Both the position numbers and the translations under genes were made by a program. A stretch of DNA of 64,000 nt from Coleofasciculus sp. B1-GNL1-01 (GTDB lineage Bacteria > Cyanobacteriota > Cyanobacteriia > Cyanobacteriales > Coleofasciculaceae): the NCBI GenBank assembly GCA_040220235.1, contig JAVJTO010000017.1; one strand, given 5' to 3'. Numbering within the stretch: the stretch's first letter is position 1; every line of letters starts with the position of its first letter. A model generated the notes under the pieces. That model searched no databases, was not told the DNA's origin, and saw only the letters and a list, made by a program, of their open reading frames with translations. Below are positions 30,027 to 40,913 of the stretch, one piece after another.

Positions 30027-30557
30027 TCATGCTGCCCACCGTGCTGCTCGTAGAATTGCCACCTGATCGAGAAGTCGTAAAAATTGATTAGATTCTGGAT
30101 CTAATAACCATTCTCCTTTTAAAAAAGGTGCCATCGTATCAGGAACATTCATTGCCATTTGTAATTGCTCCACATCTAACCAATCCATGTCCACAATTCG
30201 CTCCACTGCTAAACCGAGCATTGTATCTTGATCTTCGATGGCAATGACGGGAATTTCTGATCGGTCTGTATTGACAGGGATCGCATCTCCCAGAAATTGA
30301 CCCAGATCACCAACCCATATAACCCGACCTCGCATATTGATTGTCCCCAATAATAAGGGGGAAGCATTAGGGATGGGGGTGATCTGGTTGGGAGATGGCT
30401 CAAGCACTTCTTTGATCCCAGTCGCTGGTAAAGCAAATTCAATACCAGAAGGGACGTAAAATCGCAAGTGTAATTCACCCTCAGGACTTTCTAGTTCTTG
30501 CAATTCTGGGGCTTGATCTTGACCAGTATCTGTTAAAAAATCCGGATTTCCAACCAT
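30027..30557 (-). CDS. hmpC: CheW-like protein (PilI/HmpC)
   Basis: ITPIPNA..LLGTINMRGRVIWVGDL; operon position. Confidence 0.9.
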   Translation of the reverse strand: MVGNPDFLTDTGQDQAPELQELESPEGELHLRFYVPSGIEFALPATGIKEVLEPSPNQITPIPNASPLLLGTINMRGRVIWVGDLGQFLGDAIPVNTDRSEIPVIAIEDQDTMLGLAVERIVDMDWLDVEQLQMAMNVPDTMAPFLKGEWLLDPESNQFLRLLDQVAILRAARWAA

Positions 30558-30582
30558 TCGCAGCTAGAGTCTTAACTATAAT

Positions 30583-30948
30583 TTATGACCTGAGTAGCTG
30601 TTTGACTGTGCCAATCAACTCGGTGGGCTGAAAGGGCTTAGCGATGTAAGCATCTGCCCCTTGCTTCATTCCCCAATATCGATCAAATTCTTCGCCTTTT
30701 GAAGAACACATGACCACGGGTACATTTTGGGTTTTGGGATCAGCCTTTAAACGACGACAGACCTCGTACCCATTCATACGAGGCATAACAATATCCAATA
30801 CCACTACATCAGGACGAGACTGCAGAATATGTTCTAAGGCTTCCACTCCATCGCTTGCCACAGAGACCGTCAACCCACTGCCTTTGAGGAGGTCTGAGAT
30901 CATCTGTCGCTGTGCCAAACTGTCTTCTACAACCAAAACTGTACTCAT
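30583..30948 (-). CDS. hmpB: CheY-like response regulator (PilH/HmpB)
   Basis: VVEDS, LDIVMPRMNGY and YIAKPF. Confidence 0.9.
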   Translation of the reverse strand: MSTVLVVEDSLAQRQMISDLLKGSGLTVSVASDGVEALEHILQSRPDVVVLDIVMPRMNGYEVCRRLKADPKTQNVPVVMCSSKGEEFDRYWGMKQGADAYIAKPFQPTELIGTVKQLLRS

Positions 30949-31202
30949 AACCCCCTACCTGACTTGCCAATAAGCGCACGAATTTTGAACGTGAACTGAG
31001 CTGTATCGTTGAGCTATACCTTTAAACATAGATAGAGTAATGATTAATGTATCCTTTATGGTAGCTTCATCCTGAACTGATCCCTTTCTCTATTGTGACA
31101 GGCTTAACTGCGAAATAGAGCAGGGCGTATCGCTGTATGAGTCTATGAGGTGATTGTAGCGGAAGAATTACCTTCCTGGGTGTTACATGATGATCGCTGT
31201 GG

Positions 31203-32501
31203 TTAAGCCGATGCTGATTTAGTAATATCGGTTGCCTTGACTTCCTCCTCTAGGACTTGGCGGGAACTATCGAAACTCATTTTTTCCGGATCTCCCGGAC
31301 CTACGTATTTCTCCAATAACATTAACAGCTCACTGGCTCCAAACGGTTTAGTCAAATAGTCCGTTGAGCCTACCATGCGAGCTCTCACACGGTCAATAAA
31401 GCCATCTTTGCCCGTCAGCATAATGATTGGAGTTTGTCGAAATGTCGTCGATTGTCGCAACATGCCACACAGTTCATATCCATCGAGTTGGGGCATGACT
31501 AAATCACAGAGAATTAGAGCCGGTTTAATTTGGAAGAGTAAGCTGAGAGCTTTGAGGGGATTTTGAATTGCCGTTACTTCATATCCTTGGGCTTGCAGCA
31601 TATACTCGACGGTTTTGCCAACTGCCTTGTCATCATCAATACAGACTACAGAGGGTGCATGATCTGCCCGGGTGGATTCCCAAGGTTGTCGAACAGCGAG
31701 GGTTTGTTGAGGTACTGACGTCAGCAATTGAATCCAACCCCGCTGGATATAGGGGTAAATGGCTCGGGTGACAGTCAGGATGTCACGATTGAGATAGCGA
31801 GCCATCTGTCGCAGAGAATTCTTGCCATTTGCCCACCGTTGGAGGGTTCTAAATGCATTCTCCGGTAATGCTGACTTTAATTTAGTTTCATCCGTAATCA
31901 GTGGGCATTGATTGGGGGATTGGATATGGGGATGAAACTGCTTCCACTCCTGGACTTGCTTCATAATCTTGGTCACTAGGGGGGCAATTTCTAAGGTGGT
32001 GAGTTGGGGCGCTAAGGCTGGACCCACCTCGAAGACAAAGTATCCATTGTGGAGGCTCAATAGGTCAAATAGGGTTTCATGCACCATACTGTGGAGAATG
32101 CTGCGCCCTTGAGCTGGCGTGATAATATGCTTTTCTAGCAACGCCCAAAGATAGCCATATTCGGGAGCATTGGTCGAAGCAATCGACGGTTCTTCGATGT
32201 CATCCAAAGCGGCTTCAGCTCGATAGCGACGCAGGTAATCGCGCAGTCGTGACAAACTGTGATCACTGTTTGCCGCATAAGCAATTTGTCCGTTGAGAAA
32301 AAAAACAAACCAAAATGGTCCAGGGCAACGGGGTGGGGTCGCCAGGTGAGAGCGTCCCTGGATAAATTTATGAGTCACATCACTACCAGGGTTATTGGTG
32401 TGGGAGCTTTGCGCCTCAACTAAAAGTTCTCCTGTGCGCTGACCCAGTTCGATCAGTTGCAGGATACTGCGGATATCAATTTCATTTAACGTTCCCTGCA
32501 T
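31203..32501 (-). CDS. hmpA: PatA-type response regulator (PilG/HmpA)
   Basis: MQGTLNEIDIRSILQLIELGQRTGEL (PATAN/DUF4388) plus a C-terminal receiver domain. Confidence 0.85.
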   Translation of the reverse strand: MQGTLNEIDIRSILQLIELGQRTGELLVEAQSSHTNNPGSDVTHKFIQGRSHLATPPRCPGPFWFVFFLNGQIAYAANSDHSLSRLRDYLRRYRAEAALDDIEEPSIASTNAPEYGYLWALLEKHIITPAQGRSILHSMVHETLFDLLSLHNGYFVFEVGPALAPQLTTLEIAPLVTKIMKQVQEWKQFHPHIQSPNQCPLITDETKLKSALPENAFRTLQRWANGKNSLRQMARYLNRDILTVTRAIYPYIQRGWIQLLTSVPQQTLAVRQPWESTRADHAPSVVCIDDDKAVGKTVEYMLQAQGYEVTAIQNPLKALSLLFQIKPALILCDLVMPQLDGYELCGMLRQSTTFRQTPIIMLTGKDGFIDRVRARMVGSTDYLTKPFGASELLMLLEKYVGPGDPEKMSFDSSRQVLEEEVKATDITKSASA

Positions 32502-33284
32502 TTTAAGGAAAATGTACTCCTAAAACCTTGCGTTCAATGCTGAGGCGCGAATGGTCTGTTGGGTTACCAAGTTGCCTGCCATCTTAACCTCAACCCCAAC
32601 TTGATGCTTTACCACCACCGCTGACTGACCATGTTAAGATAACATCCAATTAGGTGGGAATGGATCGTTTAACAGATGTGTTTCAACAGAGCAATTTAAA
32701 CTTTAAATTTAACTTTGCTCAATAGAGCCATTGAAATTTATAGAAGAAGAGTCCATCAAAACCTCCATGTACTCAGTATAATTGAGGATTCGACTTGCTG
32801 TAACACCTCCTGATCAGGCGGGTTGGACGGCGGTGAGCGATCGCTGGCGTTAATTACCAATTAGCAGGGTTGGCTAGGATACAGGGACAAGGCAATGGCT
32901 TCGTTAAATAAACTTCAACTACCCCGCGCTACTGACATAGAGCGCGAAGATGTTGAGGAACAGGGGTTCAATCAGCCAAGGCGACTCTGTTCCTGGCTTA
33001 CCTAAACTTGCCCTTTAAGGAGGGTTAAGTTGGAGATATGTAGCATTTTCTCGATCCGTCAGGACTATCCGGTGGTAGCTTAGATTCAGGACAATAATCC
33101 AAGACACGGCTACCTCTGTCACTTCCTAAAAGCTAGCATTGTAGACAAAGCTGCTCGGTCTATAAATCAGGGTTAGCTCTGAGAACATCAGGAGCAGTGC
33201 GACCAGCAACCCAATCAACTAAGATTTAGTTCAGGTTGGCTTAGTCAAGAATTGGGCACAAGACAAGTAAAGAGGACGATCAGT

Positions 33285-35045
33285 GTGCTGTATCTAGCAG
33301 AAGTCAAAAAGCAGAAAACTGGCCCTTTTGGCGGCAGTAAGACCGAACTCAAACTGCTGGCTTGTCAGCGGAATGATCAGAGTTGGAGCGCTGTCCCAGG
33401 TGATGAAATCATCCCAGGAGACGAAGCCGGTGGCATGAGCGATGGGGCTTTGGCAATTGTCAATGTCAGTAACAATCGGATTCAAGGCGAAGTTGAGCCA
33501 GCCGGGACGAGACTGGCGAGCATCTTACAAAATTTTTCTCGTCTGTTGGACAAGGCGAAAAGTCAAGAAGAAGAAATTGAACAGTGGAAGCAGTCCTTGA
33601 CGTATCAAAGTCAAGAACTCAACCGTCGCGAGATGGAAATGGAAGCGCGGTTGGAACAGATGCAAGCCATGGAGGAAGAGGCTGAACAAATTGATCAGCA
33701 GCGTCAAGACCTGGAAAGTACGAAAGAGGAAACTGAACGCCTCAGAGAGGAGTTTGATCGCAAACAACAGGAACTTGAAGGCGCTTGGGAACATCTGCGC
33801 GGTGAACAGCGGCGTTGGGATGAGCAAAAAGAACAGCTGCAACAAACTTCGGGTTTAAGTGAGGACGATGTTGCGGCGATGCAGGAGTTGCTCGATCGCC
33901 TATCGACGGCTGTCGCTCCTACGGATACTGTGCGGGAACAGTTGAATCAAGCGTTTGACATCATTGATCAACAGCAGTCAGAACTAGATAGTGATTGGCA
34001 AAAACTAGACAATCAGCGCCAACAAGCAGAGCAACGCCAAACCGAAATTGACGAGCAAGCTGAGGACATTCACCAGCGTCAGCAAGAGTTAGAGCAGGTT
34101 CAAACCTCTTATGAAGAGGCACAAGCGGAATTGAAGGTGCAGCGGAATGCTTTGGAGATGAAGCAGGAATCTGTACATCTACTCAGCCTGCAACTTCAAA
34201 CTCAGCAAGAGTTACATCAAGAACTTGCTCGTTTAGCGACCAGTTCAGCCGATGTCAAAATTAGTCAAGAGGTTGACATTCAATCGCTGGAAAATATGCC
34301 CCTAGGTGAACTCCAGGAAATCGTGCAAAATTTACAGCAAGATTTGGAGAGAGTGGTACGCTTTGTCAACGACCAGGAAGAGGAACTCACATTCCAACGC
34401 CAAGCGGTTGAAGAACTCCAAGATAAAATTAATAATGCGAGTGAGTACGATCGCATTAGTTTGGAAAGTGAGCTAGCCGACGAGCAAGACCGCTACCAAA
34501 TGTTGGATGAAACCCTCGTCGGTCAACGCCGCAACCTGCGGGAGAGGGAAGAGATTTTCAATCAGCATAATCGAGTCTTACGCCGTCGCCAGGGTATTAG
34601 TGAAGGGAGTAGCGCCGATACCCATAAAATCGACCTCGGTCCGGTCTTAAACCAGCTCGAGGAACAGCGACAACAGCAAGAAGGCGAACTGGAAAAACTG
34701 GAAAACCAAGTTGAGCAAATGCGCCAAAGCATTAGCCAAGCCGAGGAAATGCTGACTCAGCAAGAAAGTGATCAAGAAGCCAAACGCTCTGAGTTACAAG
34801 GTTTGGAAGAAAACTGGCACTCGATGAAACAGGAAGTCGCTGAACTGTGGAGTCAAGTGAATTTGTATCAAGAACTCTTACCGCCCAAGCAAGAGGCTCT
34901 GAATCAAATTCGCCAGATCCTCGACGCGATCGCCCAAGCCCTGAATCAAATTCAGGAAGTTGGCGATTATCAACTCCAAGCAATTTCCGAAATGCGGCAA
35001 ACGGTTGATAGCATGGTGGAATCGCCGGAACTGGCGGCTTCCTAG
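33285..35045 (+). CDS. hmpF: Pilus motility/taxis coiled-coil protein HmpF
   Basis: GTG start giving MLYLAEVKKQ after agagga; EEEIEQWKQSLTYQSQELNRRE; divergent from hmpA-D. Confidence 0.88.
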   Translation: MLYLAEVKKQKTGPFGGSKTELKLLACQRNDQSWSAVPGDEIIPGDEAGGMSDGALAIVNVSNNRIQGEVEPAGTRLASILQNFSRLLDKAKSQEEEIEQWKQSLTYQSQELNRREMEMEARLEQMQAMEEEAEQIDQQRQDLESTKEETERLREEFDRKQQELEGAWEHLRGEQRRWDEQKEQLQQTSGLSEDDVAAMQELLDRLSTAVAPTDTVREQLNQAFDIIDQQQSELDSDWQKLDNQRQQAEQRQTEIDEQAEDIHQRQQELEQVQTSYEEAQAELKVQRNALEMKQESVHLLSLQLQTQQELHQELARLATSSADVKISQEVDIQSLENMPLGELQEIVQNLQQDLERVVRFVNDQEEELTFQRQAVEELQDKINNASEYDRISLESELADEQDRYQMLDETLVGQRRNLREREEIFNQHNRVLRRRQGISEGSSADTHKIDLGPVLNQLEEQRQQQEGELEKLENQVEQMRQSISQAEEMLTQQESDQEAKRSELQGLEENWHSMKQEVAELWSQVNLYQELLPPKQEALNQIRQILDAIAQALNQIQEVGDYQLQAISEMRQTVDSMVESPELAAS

Positions 35046-35057
35046 AGCTGAGGGGGC

Positions 35058-35120
35058 GGGGTGTAGGGTGTGGGGTGTCGGATGTCGGGTGTCGGGTGTC
35101 GGATGTCGGGTGTCGGGTGT
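35058..35120. repeat. STRR heptamers (GGGTGTC/GGATGTC)
   Basis: Tandem 7-mers between convergent genes. Confidence 0.85.
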
Positions 35121-35137
35121 AGAGAAAGCGTGACAGC

Positions 35138-36148
35138 TTAGTCCCCTTGACTATTTCGCCAAATAATCCAATCCCCTTCGACTTGAGCGCTTGCCCCTCC
35201 GGGAAAGGATGAGGTGCGAGAGCGATTGGGTGCGTTAATTAAAGCGGTAATTGCTTCAATTTGCTCAAAATTGGCAGCCGTCGGTTGGACAATCGTCAGA
35301 AACTGCCGAATCGCACGACGTTGTAGGGCGAGATCAGCTTGTCGCAAGACTACGCGATTGAGTTTAAGCGTCGTAGTGGGTTCATGCTCACTCGTAGAAC
35401 CCATAGCTTGTTCTCGTAGCGATCGCGCCGCTGTCTCTAAATACTCAACATCAGCCCGTAACAGTTCCGCTGTATGACCCAGAGCAGTTTCCACCCTCGG
35501 ATTAAAATGAGTTTTGAGATAAGGCAGTACCTCTTGGCGAATGCGATTACGAGCATAGCGGAGGTCTTGATTATAGGCATCCAACCAAACCGGGAGGTGC
35601 TGTTGCTCCACAAACTCCCCCGTTTCCCCACGGGTAACGTTCAGTAATGGGCGTACAAGCTGTACCCCGGCTACTAGAGGACGTTGCCAGGTCAGGGATT
35701 GGAGACCATCAACCCCCGTCCCTCGAATCAGATTATACAAAACCGTTTCCGCGCGATCGCTCTGAGTGTGAGCCGTGACTACATATTGAAATTGATAGGT
35801 TTGGGCAATCTTACCGAGTGCCTGATAACGCCATTGTCGAGCCGTTCCCTCACTTTTAGTCACTTGATCCGCAACTTCCAGATAAAAAGGAATCGCCCAA
35901 CTCTGAGCCACCTGTTCAATGTGAGCCGCCAACCCTTGATCAGCAAGCCAACGGTGATCACAATGGGCGATCGCTAATTGCCATTTCCACTTCGGCTGCA
36001 AATCTAAAAGCAGTTTCATTAAACAGAGGGAATCTTGTCCCCCCGATACCGCCACCAAAACAGGACGACTTGGCGCTAATAGCTGCCTTTGCCGTAGCGT
36101 TTGATGAAGACGGGCGTGAAGTAGCGTCCAATCTGAACGTTGAGACAT
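35138..36148 (-). CDS. tilS: tRNA(Ile)-lysidine synthetase
   Basis: AVSGGQDS, AHTQSDRAET, RPLL and RNRIR. Confidence 0.95.
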   Translation of the reverse strand: MSQRSDWTLLHARLHQTLRQRQLLAPSRPVLVAVSGGQDSLCLMKLLLDLQPKWKWQLAIAHCDHRWLADQGLAAHIEQVAQSWAIPFYLEVADQVTKSEGTARQWRYQALGKIAQTYQFQYVVTAHTQSDRAETVLYNLIRGTGVDGLQSLTWQRPLVAGVQLVRPLLNVTRGETGEFVEQQHLPVWLDAYNQDLRYARNRIRQEVLPYLKTHFNPRVETALGHTAELLRADVEYLETAARSLREQAMGSTSEHEPTTTLKLNRVVLRQADLALQRRAIRQFLTIVQPTAANFEQIEAITALINAPNRSRTSSFPGGASAQVEGDWIIWRNSQGD

Positions 36149-36313
36149 TCGTCATTTGTCATTTGTCATTCGTGAGCGAATAGAGAAAAGGGTGGTGTAG
36201 AGTTTTGAGCTAAAATCATAACGGCTCCATCGTCCCCCGCTTCCCCCGCTTTCCCCGCTTCCCCAGCTTCCCAAACTCCCCCTGCTCCCTCATTTCCACC
36301 AACCTACTGAACG

Positions 36314-37408
36314 TTACTGATTACTTTGCCAACCTTCTTGACTCATTTCTTGCCAAACATCATCGAGAAGGGAGTCTGTCTCATTATCCTCCTCTTCCTC
36401 TTCCTCTAAGGAGGAAAAATCACCTAAATCAAACTCATCGTCATCACTAGCAGAGGTTTCATCAAAATCGAGTTCTTCGTCACTTTCTGTGGCAATCGAT
36501 CCCAAATCTAGCAACTCCTCGTCGTTGCTGGTGCTTTCCTCTTCCATCTCCAACTCTTCTTCGATGCTGCTGGAGAGTTCATCAAATTCATCATCAAAGC
36601 TAGCTGATTTATCTTCCTCCTCCTCGACAGAGAGTTCATCGAAGTCACTCTCAAAGCTGACGGGTGACTCTTCCTCCTCCTCGACAGAGAGTTCATCGAA
36701 GTCATCACCAAAGCTGACGGGTGACTCTTCCTCCTCACCGGGAGGCATTTCATCTAAATCACTCTCAAAGCTGACAAGTGGCTCTTCCTGCTCACCGGGA
36801 GACATTTCCTCAAAGTCGCTCTCAAAGCTGACGGATGGCTCTTCCTCCTCCTCAGTAGAGAGTTCATCGAAGTCGCTTTCAAAGCTAACAGGTGGCTCCT
36901 CTTCTTCTAGCCCCTCCATAGAAAAGCTTGGCGCCTCATCCATGAAGTCACCGAGGCTGTCTTGCTGTTGATCCTCAGCAGATAATTCATACTCATGATC
37001 CGCCTCATCCAGACTCATCGACGGCTGTTCTACATCAAAGTCCTCATCCATGCTGATTGAGGACTCTTCCTCAGCCAACTCATCCTCAGTCTCAGTGTCT
37101 CCACTGATAGGTTCTAATGGTGTCTCCTCCTCAGCCACCTGAGGACAAAATTCCAGATTGATTCTCACCTTGCCTTTTTGCCAGCCACCGGAACTAAATC
37201 GCAAGACTTCACAGGAGATACCCTCGTCACTAAACCAGGCATTTTTGTCTTGAGTCCATTCACTCAACCCATGCTCAAGCTGCGTTTTGATCGCGTCCGC
37301 CAATTCGCTTACTCGAAAGGTACGATGCCCAATTAAGATTTGCGCTGATTCGTCAACGGATAAGACTTCACCACTAGCGAGTGGCTCAAACTGATTATCT
37401 ACGCCCAT
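36314..37408 (-). CDS. KGK domain protein with a very long acidic repeat tail
   Basis: WFSDEGISCEVLRF..GGWQKGKVRINLEFCP, followed by about 270 aa of D/E-rich sequence. Confidence 0.85.
   Translation of the reverse strand: MGVDNQFEPLASGEVLSVDESAQILIGHRTFRVSELADAIKTQLEHGLSEWTQDKNAWFSDEGISCEVLRFSSGGWQKGKVRINLEFCPQVAEEETPLEPISGDTETEDELAEEESSISMDEDFDVEQPSMSLDEADHEYELSAEDQQQDSLGDFMDEAPSFSMEGLEEEEPPVSFESDFDELSTEEEEEPSVSFESDFEEMSPGEQEEPLVSFESDLDEMPPGEEEESPVSFGDDFDELSVEEEEESPVSFESDFDELSVEEEEDKSASFDDEFDELSSSIEEELEMEEESTSNDEELLDLGSIATESDEELDFDETSASDDDEFDLGDFSSLEEEEEEDNETDSLLDDVWQEMSQEGWQSNQ
36570..36905 (-). repeat. Six 57-bp intragenic repeats (VSFESDFDELSxEEEEExx)
   Basis: caaagct recurs at a 57-bp period (about 36595 to 36880). 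Confidence 0.9.
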
Positions 37409-37530
37409 TTTCCCCGATTAACGTTCTACTTTTGTGCTTAATCATGATGTACAAATTGGGTCATTCCCTGGATCACCTGGATCACTAGGAGTAAGCGATT
37501 TGGTCGTCGCCTTGATCAGTCCTGGAAGTC

Positions 37531-38592
37531 CTAGAAGAACCAGCCGTAGGAATGCAATCCTTTACCCAATAGATTCACCCCAAGATAACAAATCCAGACT
37601 ACAACAAATCCTGTTGCCGCTAAAATTGCTGGTCGGCGTCCTTGCCACCCTCGGGTAATGCGAGCATGAAGGTACGCGGCAAAGACTAGCCAGGTAATTA
37701 ATGCCCAGGTTTCTTTTGGGTCCCAACTCCAATAGGAACCCCATGCCTCATTTGCCCAAACTGCACCAGCAATAATGCCAATTGTCAGCAATGGAAATCC
37801 TAGCCCGATAATCCGATAGCTAATATTATCTAACGTATCTGCTAAGTTGAGGCGTTGGGGAGAAAGGGTGGGAAGGCTAGCCAATTCAGGTGTGGAGGTA
37901 ACAGCATCTAGAACGGCTGTACTTGTCGAACCTGAGGTGTCTTGCCAACTCATTGCCATTGCTCCATTATCGCCACCCTGGGGCTGGAGGTTATCCTGAT
38001 TCCGTTTAAGCTGATAGGAAGCCGTCCCTGTGGAGTCTTGTTTACGGCGAAAGCCACCTGTACCCACGGAACTCCCTCGCAGTTCAACATTTTGACCCCG
38101 AGTCACCACTAAAAAGGCGATCGCTAACAGTGATCCCACCATTAATGTGGCGTAACTGAGCATCATCACGCTGACGTGCATCATCAACCAGTTGGATTTC
38201 AGCGCCGGAACTAACGGTTCCGCCTGTTGCATATCAGATGGTAGTGACAGGGCGGCAAAGGCGGTAATCCCCATGGCAACTGGAGATGTAACCACGCCCA
38301 CCCAACGACTCGCGCTCATTTTCTCGGCTACCAGATGCATCGCGGTGATGCCCCAGGCTAAGAAAAATAGGGATTCATAGAGATTACTTAATGGGAAATA
38401 TCCAGCACTTAGCCAACGGGCACCGAGTAAGGCTGCAATACACAGGTTGGCGATGATCATACCCGTTCCGCCTAAGGTGGGCAGATAGGGGATGTTCTTG
38501 AAGGCTGCACCAACCCAATACAGGAGCATGGTGACTAGGAGAACTGCAAATGAAATATTATCTAAGCTGTTTTGGAGTGAAACTAAATCCAT
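37531..38592 (-). CDS. ccsA: Cytochrome c biogenesis protein CcsA (CcsB-type heme delivery)
   Basis: [14 protein letters not shown] and [19 protein letters not shown]. Confidence 0.96.
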   Translation of the reverse strand: MDLVSLQNSLDNISFAVLLVTMLLYWVGAAFKNIPYLPTLGGTGMIIANLCIAALLGARWLSAGYFPLSNLYESLFFLAWGITAMHLVAEKMSASRWVGVVTSPVAMGITAFAALSLPSDMQQAEPLVPALKSNWLMMHVSVMMLSYATLMVGSLLAIAFLVVTRGQNVELRGSSVGTGGFRRKQDSTGTASYQLKRNQDNLQPQGGDNGAMAMSWQDTSGSTSTAVLDAVTSTPELASLPTLSPQRLNLADTLDNISYRIIGLGFPLLTIGIIAGAVWANEAWGSYWSWDPKETWALITWLVFAAYLHARITRGWQGRRPAILAATGFVVVWICYLGVNLLGKGLHSYGWFF

Positions 38593-38755
38593 AAATGCGC
38601 TTCTCGACTTGATCGTTTCGACATGAATTGCCGCGTTTCTATTATCCTATCGGGATTGATGCCCTCGACGAGAGGCGAAAAAGATAATGATAACGATTTT
38701 TTGGATTATTAGTCATTTGTCATTTGTCAGGGAATGGGGAATGGGGAATGGGGAA

Positions 38756-38869
38756 TAGGCTGTCATGCATTTAAATTGGGAATGGGTAGCGAGCAAGATG
38801 CTCGCACTACCTCGCACTACAAGGATGAGAGCCATTATTGACATTAAGGTTTAAATGCCGAACAGCTTA
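38756..38869 (+). mobile_element. MITE family A copy with an internal ctcgcactac duplication
   Basis: Near-identical to 12685-12787. Confidence 0.88.
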
Positions 38870-38934
38870 GGCAATAGGGAACAGGTAAGGTAGAGTTTTG
38901 AGTTAACTTCCTCATCTCCCCCATCTCCCCCGAA

Positions 38935-40671
38935 TCAAGGGGAGGGTATCGGAGAAGAAGGAACCGGAACTGGATTGGACGGTAGTATCGTTTTTAGCTT
39001 GACAAATAAGTCAAAGCGTGTATTTCGCTGATCTTCGACGGCTGTCGTCAAACCGATCGCGCGGATTGCCTGCATCATCTCATCAAGTTGAGAGGGAAGT
39101 TGAGGCAAATTTAAATTATCTCGATTTAAGAGACGCTCAACCTCAATGAAAACTTGACCATTGTGGGGACTGGGTTTGGTGGGTACGATTTGCTGAAACA
39201 GTGGTGTTTGAGTCAAGGGGGCTTGGGGTTGAGGAACAATGGCATCAGCAATGGGTGCGCCGAAGGTGAGAAATGCGATATTTCCTTCTAACCAGCCGTG
39301 GGTAGCGGTAATGCCTCCTAGGGGAGATGTCCACCGTACCACTGGTTGATTATTAAGTTGGGTGTTTTCCACCGTCAACTGATAGCGAGTTTCCATCACT
39401 TGATCAAGCTGCTGGAATGCTTTTTCTGTAGCCGCGCGATCGCTCGATAGAATCATTACGGTGATACCTGCGCCTAGCATGGGTGGCGGCTGGTTTTCTG
39501 GGGGGGTGAGCAAATCCTCAGTCGCGGGAATCAGGGCGATTACCCATTCCCCTGCCATCCAGGGTAATAAATCCTCTGGTACATCTACGCCCAGAGTTGT
39601 CTGTATTCCGGCACTCAGATTCGTGGGAGGAATGGGGATCAGGGGATTAGAGGGGGCGTTTTGGGCGTAACTCTTCCACAATTGGGCGAAATTACTACCA
39701 CTCAGCATTAATCGGGTATTGGCAGGGAGGCGTCTGGGTAAACGACTACTGGTATTTTCGATGGGATAGGCGTTTTGGCTATTCGGTTTCAGCCAAGACA
39801 TGCCGCGAAACCGTATCCCATCTGACTCCAAGGAAATACTCGTCACCAGCCCTTGCTGGGGTTGCCTTTGAGCCAACTGTTCCGGCGGGAGCGATCGCGC
39901 GGAGTTGGCGGCGGCGGTGGCGGTAAATGTGGGTAGGTTTAAGTACACTTGAGCAAACGCCTGGGTGGTGTCAATTGTTGCTAAAGCCTCGATATATCCC
40001 GGCGTAGATGCCACAGATTTCACCCCTTTATAGGTGTCAATCACTTGTTCCATGGTTTGGGGATTTGACGTAACCACGACAAACCGTTCCAAAACAGTAA
40101 CCGAATAGTTTTGGCTATTAGGCTTTTGGGTTTCGCGAATCTCAACCCCGCGATAGGTTCTCTCGCCAAACTGAGTCACTTTCTGAGACGTGGTTTTAGC
40201 CACAATTTCTTTAGCTTGGGCGGGGTTATTAATGGGTAAGATGATTAAGTCGGGGAGTTTGATAAACGGTAGCGTGACAGGGGACATTTGCTCTGATTCC
40301 GTTTCTGGTGCAGATGTACTATCCCCCTGATAGGCAATCATCACCGTTTCATCCAACCACGGCTGGATATCATCCTCGTAGTCGTAGCCATTTTCCGTTA
40401 GCAGGCTTTCCTCGAGTTGGGCAAGTTGTCTGACGAACGCCGCTAGAGTGTTGGGTGTACCATATCGCTCCAATTGCCGCCATTTACCGCTATCTGTAGA
40501 CACTAAGGCTGTGATCAGGGTATCTTGAGGAACGAGTTTTGCCCCCACTGGTGCTTTTGCCAGCCAGAGATTGTGTTGTACGAACAGAGAATAGGCGATG
40601 ACACTCCCACTCATCAGGATAACAATTAGGGCTAATGTTACCCGTAGAACCAGTTTATTTTTTCTCAGCAT
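38935..40671 (-). CDS. DUF3352 domain protein
   Basis: N-terminal TM, GAKLVPQD, YEDDIQPWL, WMAGEW and THGWLE. Confidence 0.8.
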   Translation of the reverse strand: MLRKNKLVLRVTLALIVILMSGSVIAYSLFVQHNLWLAKAPVGAKLVPQDTLITALVSTDSGKWRQLERYGTPNTLAAFVRQLAQLEESLLTENGYDYEDDIQPWLDETVMIAYQGDSTSAPETESEQMSPVTLPFIKLPDLIILPINNPAQAKEIVAKTTSQKVTQFGERTYRGVEIRETQKPNSQNYSVTVLERFVVVTSNPQTMEQVIDTYKGVKSVASTPGYIEALATIDTTQAFAQVYLNLPTFTATAAANSARSLPPEQLAQRQPQQGLVTSISLESDGIRFRGMSWLKPNSQNAYPIENTSSRLPRRLPANTRLMLSGSNFAQLWKSYAQNAPSNPLIPIPPTNLSAGIQTTLGVDVPEDLLPWMAGEWVIALIPATEDLLTPPENQPPPMLGAGITVMILSSDRAATEKAFQQLDQVMETRYQLTVENTQLNNQPVVRWTSPLGGITATHGWLEGNIAFLTFGAPIADAIVPQPQAPLTQTPLFQQIVPTKPSPHNGQVFIEVERLLNRDNLNLPQLPSQLDEMMQAIRAIGLTTAVEDQRNTRFDLFVKLKTILPSNPVPVPSSPIPSP

Positions 40672-40766
40672 GAATATTCGTTATTTGTCATTCGTCAAGA
40701 GTTGAGGAGTAGTAGCACAACTATAAAGGCTGGGATTTTATGCAGCAAGCCCTTAATAAATTAATC

Positions 40767-40870
40767 GTATTAGTTGTGAGCAAGATGCAAAGCCTGCGGC
40801 ATGGCTTCGCTTAACGCACTACAATAATTTTGCTGGGATTGACAATAACCTTTAAATGACGAACAACTTA
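40767..40870 (+). mobile_element. Degenerate MITE family A copy with the 27-bp insert
   Basis: gagcaagatgc[insert]gcactacaa...tttaaatgacgaacaactta. Confidence 0.7.
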
Positions 40871-40913
40871 ACTTTGGGAAAATACCAATAATTCGACTAA
40901 ACTCATTCTGTCT

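Noticed and set aside
36489..36971. Ser-rich 160-aa antisense ORF (similarly 29324-29683 and 62919-63440)
   Set aside because: These are shadow frames of acidic or Gly-rich repetitive coding regions.
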